Shown here one piece after another: positions 17,604 through 24,299 of a stretch of 24,299 bases of DNA. The stretch comes from Opitutales bacterium. Its GTDB lineage: Bacteria > Verrucomicrobiota > Verrucomicrobiia > Opitutales > JABSRG01. The DNA is taken from contig JBMYOQ010000063.1 in NCBI GenBank assembly GCA_049599475.1, positions 1-24,299 on the forward strand, read 5' to 3'. Every line of letters starts with the position of its first letter. Position 1 is the first letter of the stretch. Under the pieces are notes generated by a model. It worked only from the letters and a program-made list of their open reading frames with translations. It did not search any database and was not told the DNA's origin. A program made the translations under genes and the position numbers.

Positions 17604-18596
17604 ATGCAGTCACGACCTCTCGGAAATTCAGGTATTGAAGCATCAATAGTCGGCCTTGGCACGTGGGCTATCGGCGGATGGAGCTGGGGAGGCACGGATG
17701 AACAAGACTCCATATCCGCGATCCATGCAGCCCTCGACTCAGGAATCAATCTGATCGACACCGCTCCCATCTACGGCATGGGGCTCTCGGAAGAAATTGT
17801 CGGCAAGGCTCTCCGAGGTCGACGAGATAGCGCAATCCTTGCAACTAAGTGCGGCTTGCGCTGGGACAGCACTTACGGCGAATTCGTATTCAACGACGGC
17901 ACCCACGACATCTATCGAAACCTGAGCCCCGAAGGCATTCAGCTCGAAGTGGAGAACAGTCTACAGCGCCTAAAGACAGACGTGATTGACCTCTACCAAA
18001 CCCACTGGCAAGAGCAGGTGACTCCTCTTGAGGACGTGATGGCCACCCTGCTGAGCCTGGTTGATTCAGGGAAAATTCGCTCGATTGGCGTAAGTAATGT
18101 CACCCCTGAAATATTGGAGAATTACCAGAAGCTCGGCCCGATCGCGAGTATTCAGGAAAAGTTCAGCATGGTCGATCGGGTGCATGTGAAAGACGGACTA
18201 TTTCCCGCCGCAGAGTCTTCAAAGACAGCTATACTTGCCTACTCACCTTTGGATATGGGGCTGCTGACAGGGAAAATTGGCCCCGAGCGCACATTTGGGG
18301 ACGGCGATATGCGCAAAGACAACCCGCGCTTCTCTGTCGAATCCCGCACCAAGGTCGCCGACTTGCTAGCGACCTTCGAAGCATTCACACAGGAGCTCGA
18401 GTGCACCATGGCTCAGCTTGTAATCGCCTGGACAGCCCAAGTAAGTGGAATCTCCCACGTCCTCTGCGGTGCGCGCAACGCCAATCAAGCAACCGAGAAC
18501 GCTCAAGCCGGTTCCCTGACCCTCTCGGACGACATGCTGAATGCGATGAGCGAGACCGTAGAATCGATGGACATCGAACTCCCTCAACCCTGGTAA
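17604..18596 (+). CDS. Aldo/keto reductase
   Basis: GLGTWAIGG, IDTAPIYG, ATKCG, SLQRLKTDVIDLYQTHW, GKIRSIGVSN, AYSPL. Confidence 0.96.
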   Translation: MQSRPLGNSGIEASIVGLGTWAIGGWSWGGTDEQDSISAIHAALDSGINLIDTAPIYGMGLSEEIVGKALRGRRDSAILATKCGLRWDSTYGEFVFNDGTHDIYRNLSPEGIQLEVENSLQRLKTDVIDLYQTHWQEQVTPLEDVMATLLSLVDSGKIRSIGVSNVTPEILENYQKLGPIASIQEKFSMVDRVHVKDGLFPAAESSKTAILAYSPLDMGLLTGKIGPERTFGDGDMRKDNPRFSVESRTKVADLLATFEAFTQELECTMAQLVIAWTAQVSGISHVLCGARNANQATENAQAGSLTLSDDMLNAMSETVESMDIELPQPW

Positions 18597-18643
18597 TGCA
18601 TTTGCTAGGAATTAGCCGCTGATTGCCAGCAGACCAGCGCTCA

Positions 18644-19939
18644 ATGAAATCCATATCTGAAATACCAGTGTTTACCGGCAGCTTCGCCGATGCATTTTAC
18701 CCAGACCCAATCGGCTGCATGCGTAAGGCCTACGAGACTCTGGGGCCCATTTTTTCTATACAACACGATGGAAAACAGATGCTCGCTATGGGTGGAGTGG
18801 CGGCCAACCGCAAAGTCTGGCGCACGCGAGATCTTTGGGACTACCACACATCCAATCGACATTTCCGCGAACAATTCACCGACCGCTATCTAAACCAGCT
18901 CGAGGGCAAGGAATACATCGAGAAACGCAAGCGCGTCCAAGCAGGCTTCAAGACGAAAATGCTCATGACTCACACCGGGAACATGGGCGATGTCGTCATT
19001 CGAGAAATGCAGAAGACACAGGGCGAGTGGATCGATTTACGCAGCTTCTGTATGCGTATCATCATTGCAATGACGAGCAGGGCTCTCATGCAGGTTGATC
19101 TTCCCGAGGGGATGGACAACACCATGGCGATCTCTAATAAAATGATGTTGCGCGCGGACACCCTGGGACCATGGCGCCATCTATACTACCTGCGCCCAGA
19201 TCGTATTTTTCGTCGCCAAAAAATTTTTAATTACCTTGGCTCAATCATCGATGCTCGAAAAGGCATCCCTCTTGATGAACAGGGAGATGATATTCTCTCT
19301 CTTTCCCTTCGCGCGCATCCCAAAGATGCTCCGCCCATTGGTCGCTTAGAACTCATCCACGATCTCTCACAGCTAATGATGGCGGGGTCGACAACGACGT
19401 CACATTTGGTCCTTTGGCATTTCGTGATGCTGGCCACGCACCCCGAATGGCAATCAGAACTTAGGGAAGAACTCGAAAATTGGTCCACCCATGGCTTTGA
19501 CGATATGGGGAAATTTCCGAAGCTCAAAGCTTCCTGTTTAGAGATCGAGCGTATCCGCCCATCCAGTACATTTTTCAATCGCGTTTCTAAGAAAGCTTTC
19601 GACTTCGAAGACTACTCAGTACCTGAGGGCACATGGGTAATGCACCTTCACGTCTTGGCACATTACTTGGAAGAGATTTACCCCAAACCACTGGAGTTCA
19701 CACCGCGCCGATTTCTTGAAAATCCAGACATCCCCCACCGGGATGTCCACGGGCTCTACGGAGGTGGTTCACATGTCTGCGTAGGCAGTCCCTTCGCGCG
19801 TATTTTAACTCCCACCGTGATTGGCAATGCATTGAGCTATTTCGACATTGAATGGAAAGATGCTCCTGAACCGCGTGCCCGCATTGAAACCGTATTGGCC
19901 CCCGCCCGTCCCGCAGTCGTACGCTTTATAAAAAAATAA
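18644..19939 (+). CDS. Cytochrome P450
   Basis: I-helix AGSTTT, K-helix EIER (ExxR), FTPRRF (PERF-like), heme motif YGGGSHVCVG. ATG at 18644 preferred over TTG at 18623. Confidence 0.94.
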   Translation: MKSISEIPVFTGSFADAFYPDPIGCMRKAYETLGPIFSIQHDGKQMLAMGGVAANRKVWRTRDLWDYHTSNRHFREQFTDRYLNQLEGKEYIEKRKRVQAGFKTKMLMTHTGNMGDVVIREMQKTQGEWIDLRSFCMRIIIAMTSRALMQVDLPEGMDNTMAISNKMMLRADTLGPWRHLYYLRPDRIFRRQKIFNYLGSIIDARKGIPLDEQGDDILSLSLRAHPKDAPPIGRLELIHDLSQLMMAGSTTTSHLVLWHFVMLATHPEWQSELREELENWSTHGFDDMGKFPKLKASCLEIERIRPSSTFFNRVSKKAFDFEDYSVPEGTWVMHLHVLAHYLEEIYPKPLEFTPRRFLENPDIPHRDVHGLYGGGSHVCVGSPFARILTPTVIGNALSYFDIEWKDAPEPRARIETVLAPARPAVVRFIKK

Positions 19940-19975
19940 AAGCCGGGTCGTCTCCTAAACGACCCGGCCTCTCTT
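19931..19975. terminator. Intrinsic terminator between convergent P450 and TonB-C genes
   Basis: 10-bp stem GCCGGGTCGT/ACGACCCGGC (19942-19968) with a long U tract on the minus strand and CTCTCTT on the plus strand. Confidence 0.8.
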
Positions 19976-20019
19976 ACCATACCGTCCCGGAGCTCACTAC
20001 ACTCCGAGAAATTTTCAAA

Positions 20020-20343
20020 CTACTTCAAAGGTATACGGCGGCGGATACGCCCCTCTTTTTCCACGCCCTTAAAAGTCCACTTAGAGACACTCGCGACAAC
20101 GGCACGTGCCAGGCTTGGGCGTGTGATAGACACGACTTTTGGGTTCAAAACCACGCCTGTGGCACTGATTGTATATTCGACAATAGCGAAATCGCTCTTC
20201 TTTAAAATCGACCTGTGACGTGCCGGGATTTTCAATTCATTAAGATCGCCATCTACACGCATTTTCTCAGGGGCTTCGGCACCCAAAATGGAGAACGCAA
20301 GAACCAAGCATAAGATAGCAATGATGTAATTTAGAGAGAGCAT
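20020..20343 (-). CDS. Small secreted TonB C-terminal-domain-like protein
   Basis: Signal peptide then VEYTISATGVVLNPKVV...LARAVVASVSKWTF (TonB_C pattern). Confidence 0.75.
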   Translation of the reverse strand: MLSLNYIIAILCLVLAFSILGAEAPEKMRVDGDLNELKIPARHRSILKKSDFAIVEYTISATGVVLNPKVVSITRPSLARAVVASVSKWTFKGVEKEGRIRRRIPLK

Positions 20344-20745
20344 AAATGGATCAGTTTTCGAGTGAGTCTTTTATACAACCAAGTGGAAATTCTAATATTT
20401 TCGTATGATTGATACCCTCCTATACGGGCTAAATCGCGCCATTTTCAAAAATAACGCAAAAATAATTATATTCATTTCAGGAAACCGAGTATCATATAAT
20501 GTATTCAGGTTTTGGATATATATTAAACTCTTAGAACCGCTGGATAATTCCACAAACCTGGAAGCAATATCTGCTCTGATTAGTTCTGGCCTCGGATCGA
20601 ATGCGTGGCCGAGCGAGGACGCTTTTCTCAACATATAAACTCATTCTCAAAATTAATTTCATAAAGCTAGGCCGCAATGTCCGCTGCGATCGGCTCTGCG
20701 GAGGCTGAGGACAGCGGATGTAGGCTTACCGGGGATGGATACGAA

Positions 20746-20883
20746 GGCGCTGCGTTTAGAGAAGAAATGGGGTAGCAACCGATCTCCGAGCGGTTGAAGA
20801 CAGCAATTTCGCCCAGCTGATACGCAGCATTCGGCCGCTCGGAGATCGGCCACTACCGATGACATCACCCTAAACGCTGCGCC
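20746..20883. repeat. GTAG-type REP doublet (REPIN-like long hairpin)
   Basis: GGTAG-CAACCG-ATCTCCGAG-CGGTTG-AA (20771-20798) faces the inverted copy GGTAG-TGGCCG-ATCTCCGAG-CGGCCG-AA (20857-20830). Outer arms GGCGCTGCGTTTAG / CTAAACGCTGCGCC pair at 13/14. Confidence 0.75.
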
Positions 20884-21069
20884 ATTTAGGACAGCGTCTC
20901 TCCCGAAAAAACTCACGATCATAATTTGAGCTCAATGCGAACGGGCTTTCGAGAGTTGGTATAAATACCAAACTGTAAGGGATGTCGTATTAGACGAGGA
21001 CATTCTTAAAACTGAAGATACGGACTAAAAAAAGCGGGCACTCTATCCCTGAAATCTGGGTACATAATT

Positions 21070-21133
21070 GAGCCGAGTGCGCTTACACACACTCGGCTCT
21101 CCTGCCCGTTTAACCCAGAAGCTCAAGCTTCTG
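21070..21133 (-). terminator. Two hairpins downstream of the 21156-21512 gene (terminator or RNA stabiliser)
   Basis: GAGCCGAGTG/CACTCGGCTC (21070-21099) and CAGAAGC/GCTTCTG (21116-21133); no strong U tract directly adjacent. Confidence 0.55.
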
Positions 21134-21155
21134 CAGCAGCAACGTATTTAATTTT

Positions 21156-21512
21156 CTATTTCAACATAATGCGCTGTCGAACGCGCACTGACTGATTCGA
21201 TTCCTCGAATTTCCAGCTCTCTACGCCCGACAAAACTTCCTTTTTCAATTCAGGCCGCGTGGTCGCAATAACAACCGGTGCCTCGACGAGGCCCTGCTCC
21301 GTAACAACAAATTCTAAAATGAAAAAGTCGCTCGTTTTAAGCTCGCTGCGATAGTGCGCAGGAAGGACTAAGCGATTTTCTTTCGGGGAGACTGCTTCAG
21401 TGGATGTTGATTGAGCCTGAAGTGCTGCCGACGCGAGGATGCAGAGGCTTCCTAGAACCCACAAATTCATGTGAGACGTAATAGCTTTTCGGTTTTGATT
21501 TGATGCAGTCAT
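21156..21512 (-). CDS. Small secreted TonB C-terminal-domain-like protein, paralogue of 20020-20343
   Basis: Signal peptide; LPAHYRSELKTSDFFILEFVVTEQGLVEAPVV...SWKF aligns without gaps to IPARHRSILKKSDFAIVEYTISATGVVLNPKVV...KWTF. Confidence 0.78.
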   Translation of the reverse strand: MTASNQNRKAITSHMNLWVLGSLCILASAALQAQSTSTEAVSPKENRLVLPAHYRSELKTSDFFILEFVVTEQGLVEAPVVIATTRPELKKEVLSGVESWKFEESNQSVRVRQRIMLK

Positions 21513-21626
21513 TGTGCGTTACATTTGAATTCTTGAGTCTTTGTAAAAAAGAACCAATCCTTGCTGGTTTGCAGGGTATACGCATGCTTTACCCATAATT
21601 TTCAGATTTAATCGCAAAATTCATAA

Positions 21627-22496
21627 ATGCTTCTGCGGAAGTCTCAGATCCTTACAATCGCCGCTGGCCTAGGAGTCACCTTGCTAGCCTTCATGCCACT
21701 GCTCCAGTGGCTTGTGGATTACACGAGCAGTAATACGCAACTCTTACACGCCTTCATCATCCTCGCATTCGCCGGAGCAATGCTAATCTATGAACGCAAT
21801 GAACGGATCCAGTTCGCTCCAGGCTACAACAAGCAGGTCTTTTGGGGCTTTCTTATCAGCTATGGGTTTATCAGCATTGCCTTCTTTGCCAAGCTTAGCC
21901 TGCTCTACCTACCGGCGCTCGTAGGAGCCATCTACGGCTGGTGCCACTATCTATTCGGCGTCCGCTATAACCGAGTCGTGACCGCCCTCCTTGTCGCATT
22001 TTCCCTTTTTCTAGGACTGTTGATCCTGTTTCCAACAATGGATTGGCCCCTACGCATGCTCGCAGGCCAGATATCCCATATCATATTCAGTCAATTGGGA
22101 GGCGAGACTCATCTCTTTTTGATGAAGGAGAATGTAGCTCAAGCCGAACCTCTGCTGATTGTGACCATGGGCGGTCGACCCTTCGAGGTGGCACCGGAGT
22201 GCAACGGCTTCGGGATGCTAAGTGCATCGACCCTGCTCTCAGTGCTCTTATCTGTCTACTACCGTCTGGGCATCGGCAGGAGCACCCTCCTCGTCCTGAT
22301 AAGCCTCCTGAGCTCATTCGCAATGAATCTCATACGCATTCTGATCATTGTCTACCTCGCTCCGTGGGTCGGAGACCATTACTACACCATGCATGAAATC
22401 ATCGGGATTACAGCCTTCTGGATGGCGCTTATAGGGATCTGGATGATTGGTAAGCGATTCGACGAGCAAACCGCGAGCCCTAGCGAAAGCACATAA
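21627..22496 (+). CDS. Exosortase/archaeosortase family protein
   Basis: About 8 TM helices; catalytic Cys (VAPECNG), Arg (NLIRI) and His (MHEIIG). Confidence 0.9.
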   Translation: MLLRKSQILTIAAGLGVTLLAFMPLLQWLVDYTSSNTQLLHAFIILAFAGAMLIYERNERIQFAPGYNKQVFWGFLISYGFISIAFFAKLSLLYLPALVGAIYGWCHYLFGVRYNRVVTALLVAFSLFLGLLILFPTMDWPLRMLAGQISHIIFSQLGGETHLFLMKENVAQAEPLLIVTMGGRPFEVAPECNGFGMLSASTLLSVLLSVYYRLGIGRSTLLVLISLLSSFAMNLIRILIIVYLAPWVGDHYYTMHEIIGITAFWMALIGIWMIGKRFDEQTASPSEST

Positions 22497-23328
22497 TCGG
22501 GATCTTACAGCGGCGAATCATCTCACTGGTAGTACTTCCAATGAAAAAATTTCGAATGCGGCTATGCCCGTAGGCGCCCATAATCATCAGGTCGATTTCA
22601 TTTTCCTCAACAAAAGCAGCAATCGTATCCTCCGGTTCTCCGCCAAGTAACTGAAAGGAGACCTCGGTGGACAGATTCTCTATTTTGCTTTCCGCCTCAC
22701 GCAGAGTCTCTGCATATTGCTCGGCATCCCGGTCTTCAGCAACCGACACGACGCTCACCGTACATTTTGCAAACATCGACCCACTTGCGACGAAATCGAG
22801 TGCCTTGCGAGCATGCTCACTCCCATCGAAGGCCAAAAGCACGTTGTCACACGCGTTATACTGCCTGGCAGAGATACACACCGGGACAGTCGCATTGCGC
22901 ACAATACGCTCCATCATCGATCCGAGATGGCCTTTCGCGTAATCGGCGTTCTCCCCACGTTTCCCTATTACTATGCCTAAATACTCACTCTGTATCTTCT
23001 CGATCGTATCAACGAGAAAACCGGTGCTGTGCTCAAAAGTCACGCGATCGGGATCCATACCCGCTTGATCGAAGTAGCCGCGGCAAGTCTGCTCCAAGAC
23101 CCCGGCTTTATCCTTTTCGATCTTCTGCATATGGGCAGTCACCCCTTGATAGGGCTGGACTCCGAGGCTGCCCGAAAGATCGGCGCACACAGGAATCTCG
23201 AATTGCCGCAAATCAGAAATATAAATCACATGCACTCCGGCATCGATTGAACAAGCCCACCACGTGGCGAGCTGACAGACGGGCTCTGCGTAGGGACTCC
23301 CGTCAACACATACTAGAATCCGCTTCAT
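22480..23328 (-). CDS. Universal stress protein (two Usp domains)
   Basis: MKRILVCVDGS, IVIGKRG...HLGSMMERIVR, VLLAFDGS, DLMIMGAYGHSRIRNFFIGSTT. ATG at 23328 preferred over 23349. Confidence 0.94.
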   Translation of the reverse strand: MKRILVCVDGSPYAEPVCQLATWWACSIDAGVHVIYISDLRQFEIPVCADLSGSLGVQPYQGVTAHMQKIEKDKAGVLEQTCRGYFDQAGMDPDRVTFEHSTGFLVDTIEKIQSEYLGIVIGKRGENADYAKGHLGSMMERIVRNATVPVCISARQYNACDNVLLAFDGSEHARKALDFVASGSMFAKCTVSVVSVAEDRDAEQYAETLREAESKIENLSTEVSFQLLGGEPEDTIAAFVEENEIDLMIMGAYGHSRIRNFFIGSTTSEMIRRCKIPIMCFR

Positions 23329-23444
23329 AGCACTTACTTTAAACGGCATTTTGAGGCCGTTGATAAGCGAAATCCGCCAACAAAAAAGTCACCACGCCTA
23401 CCGTGCGTGATGACTTCGATTTCTCGGCTCTATATAACAAAAGC

Positions 23445-24257
23445 TTACTGGCGAAGGCGACGGATGATGACCGCTCCGAGCGCGAGCCCTGCCAACAACA
23501 TTCCAATATGGCCAGGCTCTGGAACGGCGACCGCATTATACTTGGCCATCACCTCGATCTCAGAGAGTGCTGAATCATAAAAATTCGCTAGAGCAATACT
23601 ACCATCAAAGCTTGTGAATACTCCTGATGAACCGTCTGGGCGCGCTACGTTAGTATCCGTGCCCGAGAATGAACCAAAATTGCCGCCAATGGTATCGACA
23701 AAAGTCGTGGAAACCATGCTACCCACGGATGCGCCATCTACATAGAGATCGAGCCGATCATTGACCGTATCCGTCACCCCAACAATTTGAATAAAATCAC
23801 TCGGTGTAGACGTGAAGGTGTAGCTTGCACTGTTCGAGACTCCGTTGTCCTCTACTGTGAAAAACAAATCGGCCCCTTCGAGAATCAGGGATGTTCCGTC
23901 GGTCGCGCCCCCGAGTTCTACAAGCGCATGCCTTCCAGCCAAATCACTTGTGGATACCCAAAGCTCAATCGTGAAGTCGCTACCGTTAAAGGCATTGAAA
24001 CCACTTACATCGTTTCCGAAAACTCCATTGGAAATCGCTTGGTCAAAGCCATTGTAGCCTTCAACAGCGACGACATCCCCACCGCTCAAAGAAGTGCTCA
24101 TGGCCCCTACCGCACTGCTCCCAGTCGGAGACCATGTGAGGCTACTGGCATCACCGAGTGCCAGATCAGAAGCATTATAGGAAACGACAGCATCTTGCGC
24201 GCAGAGGGAGCTCGCGAGCACGCAGGCCAAAACAGAATTTATAGTAAGATGTTTCAT
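23445..24257 (-). CDS. PEP-CTERM protein with LamG/concanavalin-A-like domain
   Basis: Signal peptide; FTIELWV, LYVDG, FDGSIA...YDSALS (LamG-like); C-terminal VPEP + TM helix + RRLR. Confidence 0.92.
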   Translation of the reverse strand: MKHLTINSVLACVLASSLCAQDAVVSYNASDLALGDASSLTWSPTGSSAVGAMSTSLSGGDVVAVEGYNGFDQAISNGVFGNDVSGFNAFNGSDFTIELWVSTSDLAGRHALVELGGATDGTSLILEGADLFFTVEDNGVSNSASYTFTSTPSDFIQIVGVTDTVNDRLDLYVDGASVGSMVSTTFVDTIGGNFGSFSGTDTNVARPDGSSGVFTSFDGSIALANFYDSALSEIEVMAKYNAVAVPEPGHIGMLLAGLALGAVIIRRLRQ

Positions 24258-24299
24258 GGGGGATTTCGTTAAGAGACTATTATTGAGTAACTCTCGACT

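Noticed and set aside
20392..20922. ORFs 20392-20634, 20405-20638 and 20659-20922
   Set aside because: Two overlap each other antisense in AT-rich DNA and the third runs through the REP hairpin; no motifs or clear RBS.
22043..24272. Alternative-frame ORFs of up to 187 aa over the exosortase, usp and PEP-CTERM genes
   Set aside because: They overlap confidently assigned genes and have low-information R/S/P-rich translations.

Overview
The window looks like Verrucomicrobiota (Opitutales-like) DNA, judged from the PEP-CTERM protein, exosortase and protein styles; this is inference. It splits in two at a tRNA-Phe(GAA) locus near 14.7-15.0 kb. The left part (1-~14.7 kb, visibly more AT-rich) looks like the end of a genomic island. 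It holds the terminal repeat of an IS21-like element at the window edge, a three-gene module around a HerA/VirD4-like ATPase, a five-gene Sec-exported Rhs polymorphic-toxin operon, and a stand-alone OLD-family ATPase-TOPRIM nuclease. The Rhs operon comprises an unknown secreted protein, a large Ca-binding/adhesin-like partner, a C39-peptidase-Rhs toxin, a probable immunity protein and a GspG-like protein. The tRNA locus is unusual: an intact tRNA-Phe, a 5'-half copy 129 bp upstream, repeated GACACA arm-like motifs and an IHF consensus. The right part looks like ordinary chromosome: DUF4139, DUF1152, aldo/keto reductase, cytochrome P450, two TonB-C-terminal paralogues around a GTAG-type REP doublet, exosortase, universal stress protein and a LamG PEP-CTERM protein. 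The best candidate for a new system is the Rhs operon. Its toxin carries an Ig-like insert that appears to lack its first strand, and the upstream partner ends in a peptide resembling that strand, suggesting donor-strand tethering plus C39-mediated release. All family calls come from motif recognition by eye, without database searches.
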